Shown: positions 36,246-49,699, counted from the first letter of the whole stretch. The stretch: 51,038 nt of DNA, filler included, from Trypethelium eluteriae (GCA_051942245.1; 2 parts of 2 records of this genome joined end to end with filler, not necessarily neighbours in it), one strand, 5' to 3'. Program-made: numbers and translations. The notes: a model not told the origin generated them from the letters alone.

Positions 36246-39200
36246 TTAGAACATGCCTTGAACTTCTCCCGTCTCTGGATCAACATCGACGTTCAGGTAG
36301 CCGGGTGCGGTAGGCAGACCTGGGATTGTCTGAATGTCTGCGGCAAGTGCATACCTAATGCAAGTCAGTATCCAATGCAATCTTTCGCGACAGTCAGGGC
36401 TAAAAAGGACGTAGGAGGCTTACAGGTACCCAGCCCCAGCAGCCATTCTCACATCCCTAATGGGAACAACAAACCCCTCTGGAGCTCCCTTCAGGGCAGG
36501 ATCATGGCTCAGACTATATTGCGTCTTCGCAATGCAGATGGGAAGATTGCCAAATCCTTGCTTTTGATACGTATCCACCTTTTTCTGCGCGAGCTCGCTG
36601 AATTCGACGGCACTCGCCCCGTACATGCGTTTACCGATAATTTCAATCCGCTCTTGGATACTGTCTTCGAGGCCATACAAAAGCTTAAAATTAGGCTTTG
36701 GCAGGCTTGTAGACTTGATGACGCCTTTTGCAAGATTGATCGCTCCAGCGCCACCTTCAGCCCAGTGGTTGGCAGGTATAGCATCCTCAGCTCCTGCAGC
36801 CAGAGCAGCTTCACGAACGACTTGAATCTCTGCCTCCGTATCGGTTGCGAACTTGTTGATAGCCACCACAACAGGGACACCGAAAGATCTCGCATTCTCG
36901 ATGTGCTTCTTCAAGTTCACACATCCCTTCTTCAATATCTCCACATTCTCCGTGCGATAAACCTCCGGCAGCTGCGCCCCCGGACTGATCTCTGGACCTC
37001 CACCATGCACCTTCAGCGCCCTGACCGTCGCCACAATCACCACCGTATCCGGCACGAGCCCACTCGCCCGACACTTGATGTTGAAAAAGCGCTCCCCTCC
37101 CATCGTAAAGTCGAATCCCGCCTCCGTAACCACAAACCCCGTATGCTCCTCAACCTCCTCATCGGGCTCCGTCCCCGCCAGCTTCAACGCCAACTTATCC
37201 GCCAGCACCGAGCTCGCGCCAATACTGATATTCGCAAACGGACCCGCATGCACAAACACCGGCGTGCCCTCCAGCGTCTGCATCAGATTCGGCTTGATCG
37301 CATCCTTCATCAGCGCCGTCAGCGCACCCCCGGCACCAATATCGTCGCACGTCACGGGGTCCCCCGCCCTGCTCGACGCAACGACCATGCGCCCCAGCCG
37401 CTCCCGCAAGTCTGCGAGCGAGGTCGCCAGCGCGAGCACCGCCATGCACTCGCTCGCGACCGAGATGTCGAACCCCGTCTCGCGCGCGTGGCCCTTCTCC
37501 GTCGCCGCCTGCCCGACCGTGATGCCGCGGAGATGGCGGTCATTGACGTCGAGGACGCGTCGCCAGGTGAGCGTCGCCGGGTCGATGTCGAGGCGGGCGA
37601 AGCGGCGGATTTCGTCTTCGCTTAGGCTGTTCGGGTCGGTTTTGTCGATGCCGAGCTTGTGTAGGCGTTTCAGCATCACGGGCGCGAATTGGCGGATCCC
37701 CTTTTTCTCCGGCACGAGTCGCCGGTACAGCGGCCCGTCTTTCTGTGTGGATTCGTGGAACATGCGCGTTTCGATGGCAGCGGCGAGGAGGTTGTTCGCG
37801 GCGGTGATGGCGTGGATGTCGCCGGTGAGGTGGAGGTTGAATTCGTCCATGGGGATGACTTGGCTGTAGCCTCCGCCAGCGGCGCCGCCTTTGATGCCGA
37901 AAGTGGGGCCTTGGCTGGGCTGTCGTACGTTGGCGAAGCATATCCGGTTGAGACGGCCTGCGAGTGCTTGGGCGAGACCAACGGTTGTTGTTGATTTGCC
38001 CTCACCAAGAGGTGTAGGCGTAATGCCAGCGACCAGAACATACCGGCCATTTCGTCGATGTTGGAGCCGATCGAGCAGCTTCAAGTCTACCTTGCCTTTA
38101 TAGGCGCCATACGGCTCAAGTTCGTAAGGAGCAATGCCCACTTCTTCAGCAACCTTGTTGATCAGTTTGGGATGCTGAGCACGGGAAACATCGATATCCG
38201 AAGGCACCGGCTGCTTTAGCTTCAGGGGTAGGGGGTTAATACGTCGTGACTTTTGCTTGTCAAAGTAAGCTGTTGCCGAATCTACGACATTCTGCATCAA
38301 CATTGCTACCGTCATAGGTCCAACTCCGCCTGGGACAGGCGTAATTTGAGAGGCAACTTCTGCAGCAGAATCGAAGTCAACGTCCCCGATAAGTTTCTGG
38401 CCAGACTTCTTACTCTCATCCGGTTGAAAGTTGGTGCCGACGTCAATGACGACGGCTCCCTGCTTGAGCCAGTCCCCTTTCACGAATTGAGGTTTCCCTA
38501 TCGCTGCAACGACGATGTCGGCTTGCTTGAGGATTTCTTGAAGGCCTTGTGTACGTGAATGGCAGACGGTAACAGTGGCGTCCGCATTCTTCAGTAGATA
38601 ACTGACAGGACTACCAACAATATCGCTACGGCCAAGGACGACCGCATTCTTGCCCTTAATCTCAACGCCAGTCTCTTTTAGCAGGACCATCACTCCTTTT
38701 GGAGTACATGGCACGAATAGCGGCTTACCGCCACGCTTCGCTAATTCTCCAATATTTGCCACCCCAAACCCATCAACATCTTTGTCGTCTGCAACCTGAG
38801 ATGTAACAGCATGCTCAGATATATGCTTAGGAACTGGTAATTGTACTAGAATGCCGTGGATGGAAGGGTCATTGTTCAGTCGTATGATGTGCTCGAGGAG
38901 CTCGGCTTCCGTAATGTCTTCTGGGTAATGCTCGATATTGCAAATGATATTGGCCTCTTCCGCAGCCTTGAGTTTCATTCGTATGTAAGTACTCGAATCG
39001 GAACGGTCGCCGACTTGCACGATAGTCAAAGAGGGTTTGTATCGAGGATTACTTTGCTGCTTCTGCTTGATCTCTTCAGCAATTTTGGCCCGAATGGTTT
39101 TGGCAATTGCCGTGCCATCGATCTTGCTCGCCACCATGCTGGGCGAACTACTCGAAAAAAGCCTTGAAAGAGCTCGGATGGAGGTGCTGTAGAGCGTAGC

Positions 39201-39320
39201 AGAGGTTGGGATGATTATGGCGTGCGCCTGGAGGGGCACAGTGCGAAGTCTCGGAGCGCCGAGGCTGATCGCCGGCTTGCTCGACGCCACGCATGTTGAA
39301 AGTGCGTGGCTGCGCAACAT
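36246..39320 (-). CDS. ADE3: C-1-tetrahydrofolate synthase (trifunctional), with N-terminal presequence-like extension (2 exons)
   Basis: GILVQLP, KDVDG, PCTPKG, GRSDIVG, TPVPGGVGPMT, TPLGEGKST and IKGGAAGGGYSQ motifs; last exon YALAADIQTIPGLP...GMF. Confidence 0.97.
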
Positions 39321-40147
39321 GATTTCCGTTGGTAATCGAGCTTGAAGGATTCCAGGGACGCAGTCTGCTGTGCAGCTGCAGACAAAAACGTCCTCGATCG
39401 AGTACCAGTCTCAAGGATTGAGTCACATGTTTGGTCGCCTGGAAAATTCTTTTTTCAAACGTCCGGCAAACCCAACCGGAAATATCGAGGATGGGGTTTA
39501 AGACGCGTGGCTTGAGCTCAATTTTTCATCTTGATGACTTCCACATTCCAAGCTAGAAGAGACCAGGAACTTTCCTGTAACGCTCGTACCAGCCAGCAAT
39601 GCTAACTCGCACAACATTTCGTCCCACAGCACAAAGAATTGAGTGACTGTTGGCTTAACTTTGGATGAGGACAGTGCCGAAAAGCTATCTAGGTAGTCCG
39701 TGGGATAAATGAGCTCGAGCACATTCGTCTTGCCCACCCGATCCAATAAGAAAGCTAATGCTACCTTATGGCGAGTATGTCGTACAATTCTATCCGCAGT
39801 GAGCTCTTTCGTACCGCATGCCGAGTGCGCAGGCGGAATGGCAGCCGACACATCTTTACGGCAGTAACTCATGAACCTCAAATCCAGTGGCTTCCCAGTC
39901 AAAGGCATCAGAGGCTCAGCACTTTCCCTACACTATTCCAATTGTCCCTACTTCCACGTGGAGCTTGGAGCATAGCCTTCCCTGACGCTGACCCAAAGAG
40001 GGACATCATGGTTTGACTTCCTGATATTAAATCACTGTCTTGCTTTCTATGGCATCCAATGCTGTGTTCATCTTCAATTTCGTTTGATTGTGTTGTCATA
40101 CATCTTTTGTCTTGTCAGCGGCACTATAGATCTGAAGAGCCGCAACA

Positions 40148-43100
40148 ATGAGCACTCTCCTTGCACCAAGCCCTCACAGCTTCTTGCTTCGTTCCAATAC
40201 CGATGGAATCTCACCAATCCGACCGACTTCTCCTTATGTGGATGAGACATCGACAGGCACAGTCCATCATCTCTCGCCACCGACGATATCTTCCGGCGCA
40301 TCATGCGTTTCTTTATATTCTCTCCCTCCAAGCTCGCTTCGTCTACGCGATGAAAATACGCCTCCGAGAGCAAGATCACCATCCATTCGCAGTCCATCGA
40401 CACAATCGAAGCGATCAAAGAATGGTGGTGCATCCCCGAGAACTCCTAATTTTGTTCTCGCTCCAGAACGACAGCCGTTGCATTTGGCTACGGCACCAGT
40501 CACTCCAGTCCGAGTTCGCAAACCCGTGTATGCAGCGACGCGGACTCCACATGCATCTGGCCTCAATCATAAAGAGTCTGGCTTGTTGAGACGTACGGAA
40601 GCTCAGATCGAGACTGATCAAGACCGTTCTTCACCTCTGGTTCAACCGGAAATTCTACAGTTCTCGCTCCATATTTCTGAAGAAGCCGAAGAACCCAAGG
40701 CTGACAGCACAGCACGGATCCACACATCCGAGCTCAGAAATGTCTCACCTATCTCTCTGCATGACAGGCGCCCATTTCGCAAGTGGATTAGTACACTCCG
40801 CCGAAGACGTAACAGCACAACCTTAGAGGATTCAAAGGCTACCCACCCAGGCTTTCTCGGAGCACAGCGGCCAAAGCCAAATCTTGGTGTCTTATCATGG
40901 CGCTCAAGACAAATAGGGCCACGGGAATCGACTTCAACGGCTTCTTCCTCCATAGGATTCGTCACGGCCATGAAGTCGGCGACGATCACACTAGCAAGCA
41001 CAAGCATCCATCCACGTTCTTGGCGAGATGCGCGCATTGAACGTCTAAGGAGTGGTGAAAGAAGTAGTGGCCAATCTGCTCCTGAAGTGAGGAAATCGAC
41101 TGACAGTCATACACCGTCGTTGGGCCCTATAATGGACGAGGCCGCCTGGATGCGCTCACTACAACGTCGAAAGGTGCTAGAAGAGCTTGTAGCCTCTGAA
41201 GAAAGCTACATAGCTGACCTGAAGGTCCTTGTCAATGTAGGGTCATGAATTGTGTCGAAAGGGAAGACAAGTGCTCATATATCTGTAGGTGTATTCAAAT
41301 CTGCTGACCTCGACTGCCTCAATCTCAACTGAAAGACGCACCCTCATTCGGCGTAACCTAGATCAGATTCTGGAAATTCATGAAGGGTTGCTTGGTGAGC
41401 TACACCATGTGGTTCCACACGCAGAGTACAACCAAGGTCATGCCCGGGAAGCCATGTCGCCTTCGAGACCACGCCATACAAGATTTCATAGTGTAGACAT
41501 TCTGCAGGGTCGACGCGAGGAATTGCCAATAAGAAAACAACGCTACTCACTAGATACATGCAAACTTACTGAGCGAGCACCGATTGCTCTCTTAGCTGAT
41601 CCACAGACTGCAGCCAAAGTTGCCGCGGTTTTCAACAAATATGTGAGACCCATTCGCCTGCGCTTCGTATGTGGTCATTGACAAGATCTTCAACCAGGTG
41701 AAACGCTTCTTTGCCTACGAAGAATACGGAGCGAAGTATGAGGCTTTAACTCGAGAACTGAACGTATCTCAAAAGATTACTCCATCATGGCCAGAGTATG
41801 AGAAGGGCATCGAAGCGTTGTCTACCGCACTGGCACCGATGAATCATCGCGATGATGTGGGCAAGAAGGGCCTGACGCTTAGCGATCTTCTCATCAAGGC
41901 ATGCCACATCACACATTGGTTAAAGCGAATAAATGAATATTGACGATCTACTAGCCCATTCAGAGGATATGCAAATATCCGTTGCTCTTCGCCGACCTCT
42001 GCAAGCAGACGCCAGTCTACGACGATCCTAATTCGCATGCCGAAATCGACAAGGTGTTGTTCCGGCTTCGAGAAACTGCACGAGAAATCAACAAGGCAAC
42101 GGATGATCCCGAAAAAAGGAAATTGATTGAGAAGACCTGGCAGTTGCAAGACCGCTTGCTATTTGACCATCAGGTATTCCATCTGTTCCAATCCCTGGAT
42201 ATCTGACAGCTGACTTTTCTTTAGCCTTCTGGCTCTGTGATTCTGAGACTTCTGGGGCATGTCGTACTTTGCGGTGTCCTGTACGTCGCGTATCAGCACA
42301 AAGACGGTATCAAAGGTCAATACATGGTCTGTGTGCTCTATAAATCATGTTTGTTACTAGCTGTTCCCCACGGAGGGTTTTCCAACTTCATGGTCAAAGC
42401 GACGATAGCGCTCGCAAGTGCTACGCTAGAGGAATCTGACAGTGGCAAAGGTGCATCCAGAATTCCTGAAAGTTTCCCGCAGGGATCAAGAAGCTAATTC
42501 ATCTAGGCTTGCAATGTCATTCGGCGTCGTTCTCCTGGAAATTGGATTTTGAATCCGATTGCCGCATGTACGAGATTATGTTCAGCGCTTGTTCTAGTGA
42601 AGAGGAAGAATGCTGGAGGAAACCAATATCTGAGCGTATCGCCACGGAAAACCAAGCGGGTTCTGAAGACAAGGCTGACGCGGTAGATCTCCTATCGTCT
42701 TTAACACTCGACATAAAATCGTATGGAGCTGCCCTTGGATACTCTCAAAGTTTAGCCAAGCGGACGTCAATACACCGGGCTGCAACACTGAGTCCCAAAG
42801 CTACCTTGTCGCATGTCATCATTAAGAATACCGAGGCTGCAAAAGAAGGGAAGTCAGTGGCGTCCGAAGTTGTCAATCGATCACATTCACTACTGTCATC
42901 AAGTCACGTCCCAACCTTATCCCCCAGGCGAATTGAAAGGATCCGCCTTGAACGCTCTTTAAGTAACGTTTGGACCAAAGAGTTGCTCCCTTATCCGGGT
43001 ATGGCTACCCGTCGTCCGGACCATCCCATTCGGGCTTCTGCCCAGTCAGTCATGCGCAAATTAAGCATGGCAAGTCTGGCAAGCAATTTTTCGAAACGCT

Positions 43101-43600
43101 CAGCCAGTCATAGTACTGTCTCCCAGTCTAGATGGGACGAAAGCCGTGCAGGAACGCCTCTTAGCTTTTCATCTGCTCCAAGTGGTACAAGAACTCCTGG
43201 TCGTCAGCGAAGGCGCAAAGTTCCTAAAACATACGAGTTTCATAACTCCATGGCCTTTCTGCCGGAGGACTTCGATTTGCAGGGTCTACAAAGGAAGAGC
43301 AGAAGAATGAGTGTTGCCGGAGCTATTGGTAAAGGAGCTCCGGTTTCTGCCTGGTCGAAACCTGTAACGACTCCAGCAACACCGACCACACCATATCCAG
43401 ATGTAAAAATACCCGATTTTGGAGAACCACCTGCGCAACTAGCAAAGGCGAAGCCCGCGTCATCCAAATCCAATGACACCGTAGCAGCAGCCGTTCTTGA
43501 AGCTACTGGTAAGCAGAAAGAGCAGCCGCCGTCATCCGCTACAATTACGAAAGTCTCGACGAAGTTGAAACATCAATTGATGAAGCTTCTCAAGGACTAG
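40148..43600 (+). CDS. Rho guanine-nucleotide exchange factor (DH-PH; multi-exon)
   Basis: RRKVLEELVASEESYIADL and LLIK/PIQRICKYPLL DH motifs; PH-like LCGVLYVAYQ...YMVCVLYKSCLLLA; five introns, one with a GC donor. Confidence 0.9.
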
Positions 43601-44198
43601 GTCGACAAGAGCGTCATTTGCTGAAGATTGCCCTTACATAGGATTATGAGAGCTTTGTGCTCCAGTCAATAGAGTTGTGGTGATCAATCAAAATTCGGCC
43701 GTTGAAAGTCAATTGATAGTTGGAAGTACCGTCTGTCTTGGGCATGCACGGAGCATTAGATGCAGGTATTGGGTAGAAGAACAGTGATCGGCGCGGCGTA
43801 AGCTTGTATCAGTAACATCTCGAAACCATTCTGTCAATTTTAGGCTCTTCTTGTGGAAAAAGCCTTGACGGCAGAGTAGAGCGTGACCACTCAGATGGAA
43901 GATGACTTCATCAGTACGACGGAGGGAGATGAAGACGGTTAAATTGAGTATTAAAATGGGCGTGCGCTGTTTGATGTTGTGTCGCGGGCATCGAAGTTGG
44001 ACGGAGCCAAGTCTGGTGGACCCCTGCAGTCGACGTCATCCTCTGGTCTCCAAAATCACCACGCCATTGAGCTTGTCACGTCAACCTCAGTGTCTTCCAC
44101 ATAAAAAAAGAGCTCATCGCACATCCTGCAGAGCCACTCATTGCCATTCAGTCTCGTGTCTCTGTTAACTGAAACCTTCATCACATCACTTATCCATC

Positions 44199-44690
44199 AT
44201 GGCTCGTGGCAATGCCCCGCAAACCAAAGTCCACCTCAAGGGCAAGGAAGAGGATTTCATCGTATTTGTCGACAGTGCCAAAGCTGTCCAAGACTGGAAA
44301 AACGACAAGTCCGTTCCTTTAGCTCAGGTAGTGAGCGGTTGGAAGGTGCTTGTCACACATAAGTGGGTTCTGCCTCCCTGTGTCCTTGCCCAAATGTGGT
44401 CACGCGACGGCCGCACACAGATGCTAATAGATACCTGCATTGTCTAGGCACGGTACTCAGGGCGTGCTGGATACAGCAAGTAATGCTGTCTTGGAGAATG
44501 AATTCGGGACACACAAAGAGGAAGATGTGGTGAAGCAGATCTTGGAGAGAGGCGATGTGCAGGAGACAGAGGTACAGAGTGCCGGCCTCGATTAGAGTTT
44601 ATGGACGACCGCTAAATGATTACGCTATAGGAACACGGACGCCAAGGTGATCGTAATGTCACTCAAGGTCCTTCCATTTCGCACGGCTAG
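44199..44690 (+). CDS. RTC3: SBDS/Sdo1 N-terminal-like protein (Rtc3 family; 3 exons)
   Basis: KVHLKGKEEDFIVFVDS, PLAQVV, HGTQGVLDTAS and LENEFGT..EEDVVKQILERG motifs. Confidence 0.88.
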
Positions 44691-45284
44691 ACAAGCTAAA
44701 TCTTTGGGAGAGTGCGCGACCGGACAGCGGTTTGAGGGAGTTGCTGGTAAAGATGGCGAACCGGCCCAGATGCATTGAAAGAATTGCTGAAGCGGAGAGA
44801 AGCATACAAACAATAATGAATTTCATCTTTGCCAGGCAGAGTGGTAACAAAGACATTCGGCCAATACGATGCACTCAAGCAGGTGACAGTCTTGTCTCCA
44901 TGAAATTTGATTTAACATGTGTGCTGAGAGTTGTTTGAACACACCGCGCTACATCTAATCGGTCCTCCCGCAAACAAACACAGATTACTTATTCAATAGA
45001 ACGTGGGCAGCTCGGAGGTTATCTTACCCTCTCCTCGTTCCCGAAAATTGAGCTTCATTCATAAACATTCCCGTCTTTGAGGACTATACCTGTGTCTCTG
45101 AAGATTGCCTAGCTTAGCCTCGTGCTTTCTAATCTGCAAACAATTCCTTCCATTAACGACTGCTTTTCTCACCCCTGCAAAGCTTTCTGCCGAACTGCTC
45201 ATACGAAATTCAGCTAGTTTACCCTTTGAAAAAAGGTCCCAGGGCTGTAGGTCCATCTCCGAATCATCCCCCAAACGGGATAAG

Positions 45285-46325
45285 ATGCTCCACGGTCAAG
45301 AGCTAGTACCCGAAAGCCATCCACAAGAGCTATTACTCGAAGATCATCCAGCATCAACACCGCCTGCAGATAGAGCCTCGCCATTTCTTGCTATTCCTTT
45401 GGATATCAGACTCCTGATATTCGACTACATCCTACCCGACCCGAGAGAAGGTGCTCATCCAAAAGTCTCGAGGAGACGAATACGACCACAAAAACGCGCT
45501 AGTTCTGATGCAGTAAATCTCCTGATGGTTAGTAAGAAGATGAACCAGGAAGTCGGCAATCAGATATATCGAAGGACGATATTCGGCGTTAAGGTCTCGC
45601 CTGAGGGCATCCAGATCTTGCACCACGCAAAGATGCCACTCAACGTAAATGGCTACAACATAGAGATCAAGACCGTTGGAGACATCTTCACTCATCCGAA
45701 CACCCCCACCGGCTTCAGCAACATGCGGCGTCTCGAGTTTCACCTAGAACCCTCAGAAACTGTTAAGGATTGGAAGAACGAATGCCTAGCCATTCGTAAA
45801 TTTCTTATGTGCCTTGTTGAAATACGGGGGACTGTGCCACTCAACGAACTCAAAATCCACTTCTGCGGCTCAAAGCACGGCTCCTTCGACTACTGGTGGA
45901 ACTCCGAGGCGAACGCGCTTCGAAACTCACCCTTCCATAATACGTCGATGATAGAATGGGTGGCTCAACCACTTGAAGACCTTCGCGGTATTCAACGCAT
46001 CCCTTACGTTGACTATCCTTCAATCCCCTCGCCATACGGCAAAGGCCTCACCCGGCTGTGGAAGGAGCGCTTCACCGCTTGTGTGTGCAGCCATGAGCCT
46101 CCCGCGACCCTTTCTGTCGAGGCATCGAGGCAGCACGAGCAGCTCAACGGGTCGCTAATCGATTTCCTCCATCCGGAGCGGGTTAGAGGAGAAATTGAGG
46201 TGGAGGAGGATGATGTGAGTGCTGAGATTTTGGCCGAGGGAGGGGTCACGGATCATGAGGAGGCCGATCTAGTTGAGGAGGACCCTGACGACATTTTTGG
46301 GGAGCCAGAGGATGCTGAGGATTGA
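45285..46325 (+). CDS. Hypothetical protein with F-box-like N-terminal motif and acidic tail
   Basis: FLAIPLDIRLLIFDYIL and LLMVSKKMNQE..IY motifs typical of fungal F-box-like hypotheticals; intronless ORF. Confidence 0.75.
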   Translation: MLHGQELVPESHPQELLLEDHPASTPPADRASPFLAIPLDIRLLIFDYILPDPREGAHPKVSRRRIRPQKRASSDAVNLLMVSKKMNQEVGNQIYRRTIFGVKVSPEGIQILHHAKMPLNVNGYNIEIKTVGDIFTHPNTPTGFSNMRRLEFHLEPSETVKDWKNECLAIRKFLMCLVEIRGTVPLNELKIHFCGSKHGSFDYWWNSEANALRNSPFHNTSMIEWVAQPLEDLRGIQRIPYVDYPSIPSPYGKGLTRLWKERFTACVCSHEPPATLSVEASRQHEQLNGSLIDFLHPERVRGEIEVEEDDVSAEILAEGGVTDHEEADLVEEDPDDIFGEPEDAED

Positions 46326-46649
46326 AGGGGTCAGGAGGGAAATTGGGGTTTGAGGGAAGTGGACCAACTTTGGTAAATACCCTGTGGAGTTTACGGATCT
46401 TAGAGTGTTGGGGAACAAGGAAACTCTCAAACTCTCAACCGAAAAAACAGCGAAATGGATTGATTCAACATATCAGACTGCGTTTATTCTGCACCGTCCC
46501 GATGTCCATAATTCATCCGAAACGCCATTCTCCGTAGCTAATGATGCATTTACTCACTTTCCGCTTCTTGTCTCAGAGTTCGTATTCAATATGTCCATAA
46601 ATATCATGAACCCCTCACCAATCAATGTTCCGTCATTCCCGGAGAGTCT

Positions 46650-47157
46650 TCACGTCACTGTCGCCAACAGCTCTGCCTCTAGAATGTACTTTCCCTCCTT
46701 ATACTTCTCGCTCTGCTCATAGGCCTTGTCGTACTTCCAGCCGACCGTCTCCCGGCATTGTCGACACGTGATATCACGAACTATATGCCGCCCCGTCGTC
46801 ATGTTGCGCTCACCAGCTTCTGATGCGACGATATTGACAACGGCGTCGAAAAGGAAGGCTTTGCCATGTTGGCCGCGGAAATTCTGGCAACAGGTTTTAG
46901 AAAGAGAGTGGGAGGTATCAGGGAAGGAAATTTGCTGGAAGAGTAGGAGGGGAGGTGAAGGCGTGAGAGGGAACGACGGCTATTATCGGAAAAGGTATAT
47001 AGGGGAGGGAGGTGAAGCTATTCGTGGAAGAGGCAGAAGCGGAAAGGGGTGATCCTACCCTACTGATGATGTCGTCGTGGTTGGCTAGATGGGTTTTGCA
47101 GTTGCGGCATCCGTAGATACGCTGGGCGTTGAGGTAGACATTGTACGCAAGCCCCAT
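46650..47157 (-). CDS. MOH1: Yippee-like zinc-binding protein (2 exons)
   Basis: YGCRNCKTHL, NFRGQHGKAFLF, RNMTTGRHIVRDITCRQC and VGWKYDKAYE..EKYKEGKYILE motifs. Confidence 0.95.
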
Positions 47158-48660
47158 CGTGACGGTTGTCGTCGGCCGCCCGACTTCTATGGGAGTAAGG
47201 CCTATTGAATTGCCGACAGGAAGCTGTGGTCAGGTTTAGAGGTCTGACTCCAAATACGTGCGGTGGATGTGCTCCTTAAGAGGAGTGGGGGTGCTGGAAG
47301 TAGTTGCTGAGCGCGTAAGGTAGATAGACTGCAGAGCTGACGCCCAGACGCCCAAGTGGGGTGACAGGATCAGCTGGCGAAGGCCGTGTGATGCAAGTAA
47401 CCGCTTAGAGAACAGGTTTAGGAGTTGCAGCTACGTTCCAAGGGTCCCAGCGTCTTCGGCCGACTCTTGATTCTGCACCAAAGGATGTCGCCAGATAAGG
47501 AAGTTGCTCTCTCGGAGATAAGCTGAAGCTTTTGTTCGGCTGGGGCGGAGGTTTGCTTTGACGGAATACGTTCCAGCAGGTGTGGAGAAGCTCAAGATCC
47601 AGTGATTCAGGTATGACAGCGAGATCTGAGGACTTGACTTCGAGTTGTAGAAGGTGAAGCTGGAGAAAGAGAGACGGAAAGGAGGGTCGAGGGAGAGAGA
47701 AGGTCCCACCGTCCATGATGGCACGGAGGGATTCACAAAGCGGGGTGCGGCAGCTTCAGCCCTACGCTGTCTAGGCCCGGCAAGCTCCTTTAACTTCCGC
47801 TTCCTTCGTCAATAATGCTTAGCTTGGCAAAGCATGGGTCGGCTACAAAGCAAAGCTGTTACACATCTCGAGCAATTCATAGATCTTCGTATCAGGCAAA
47901 ATTGCAAATAACTTCTGATTGATCGTTCAAGTCCTCCGATGCGGATACCTATCGCTGGTGATCATAGACTCTTGGATCGGCATGAAGAGGGAACAGGTAA
48001 GGTAGGGCTGCAGCCGAAGACAAGTTGAGGCATGATCTGACATAAGAGTCTGCATCTTCTGGAAGGTTCGGAAAGTGGTACGCTGCAGCTGCTCATATCA
48101 TTTTGTCAATGAGAGAATGGGTAGGATGCGTCCTCCTGAAGGCCCCTTTCACTTTCTCAGTCTTACAATCTATTCACATGAACCTACTGATAGTCGTACT
48201 CAACGCTCTGAATGCTCCATCATAGGCTTTATTCCTGCCATCTCGCCCACTGATACCTCCACAAGTGACCTCTCAGGAGACCAGGCTGCTCAGTCGCATG
48301 GATCGTCCTTTCCGTTTCAAGTGTCTTGCGATGGCCCGCTATCCACCTTGTACCCTCCACAAATTTTCAAGATACACATTAGAGCAAGCACTAATGGACT
48401 CATCATCTGTCATTCACACGACTTATTGCACCATTTTCGCAGTCAATTCTCCCACTCGATAGGCTGGTCGACTGGGCTTACTGGTGGTCTTTCGAGTCAA
48501 TCTTAGGTATTTGGAGATTATTCTGCTCAGCTCATGTCTTCCGATGAAGAGCTACAGCACTTCAACCGTGACCACAGCAATTCGCGCAACTGGTCTCCCG
48601 ATCGTTAGGGAAGGAGGGAGCTCGCTGGGCAAGCTGAAGGTTCATTCTTTCCGAGCCGAA

Positions 48661-49699
48661 ATGATTCAGTACCTCCGCACGAATATGCGCCGACAGACTT
48701 GGTATCAACCGAATCAGCACTGGATGACCAATTCCAATACCTTAGTTCCTCGAGGTCTTTCAGAAAACCTTTACATTAATATTCCTCGAGCATACGAACT
48801 CCTACCGTATGTCACCTATGCCTACCCAGTGAACCAGTATGCCTCGCCTGTCCAATACGAAACTCTCTCTCCCTTGCCGAGTTGGGTCCAGGATAGTCCA
48901 AGCTCTGTGGTAGCCCCATCCCAAATGCCCTCACGGACAAATTTCCACAATCAAGAAACCCAGCTTATCTCCAAAGGTGAAGAGGACCTACTGGATGAGG
49001 CTCGCGCTAGCGTCTGGGCAGACTTCCTTTCAAGTCAGCCTTGGCATTTTATATCACCTAGGATTGTCAATGGATTTCCCATCTGAAGAAGACACAGTGG
49101 ACATGAGGAGAGCACGCTAGAACAAAGTGAAGAACAAGGTGCGCATGTGGAGGAATCATGTGGAGACAGCCTTCGCCAAGATCTACCCGCAGAAGAATGG
49201 CCGTTCCGGGAATTCTTCCCCGACCAAAGTTCAACTCTTAGTGAAGCTTCGAGAGCGAGCACTCAGACGGGCTGTAATTTTGAGGACCCTCTTCCCCGCT
49301 ATGTGTCATCCCCAGCTAACTCGAATCCACATAGTGCACATGGAAAGTTCGACTAGTAGTGAAGCCTCCAAACAAGACCTTGCCCGTTTTGAACCTCTGA
49401 ACCCGAGATCAGATATATCCTGTACCCATTGTTACAGGAAATTCACACTGCAGCAAGCAATGGACCAAGTGTCACGACCGTGTGCACAGTGTGAGAAGCC
49501 TTGGTGCCATGCTTGCATCCGTTACCGCTTTCTGAGCGCAGCCATAGATTCATCAGCGATGCCCCCGAAATGCTGCGATCTCATTCCACTGAAATTCGGG
49601 CTTCCTCATCTCTTAGGCGTTGAAGCCACTTTTTTCAGTACCAAATATGAAGAATGGCGTGACGCTTGCAGACTTGATGGGGGTGGAGTGGCAGTATAA
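48661..49699 (+). pseudogene. RBR-type RING1-like protein lacking IBR/RING2; probable internal stop
   Basis: Last exon CTHC..PCAQC..WCHAC..MPPKCC..IP..KYEEW; intron ~49274-49335 joins frames; the upstream frame has TGA at 49084-49086; start uncertain. Confidence 0.5.

Noticed and set aside
36210..37625. 471-aa plus-strand ORF (and the 264-aa ORF at 37075-37869)
   Set aside because: Antisense shadows of the GC-rich part of ADE3; no recognisable domain
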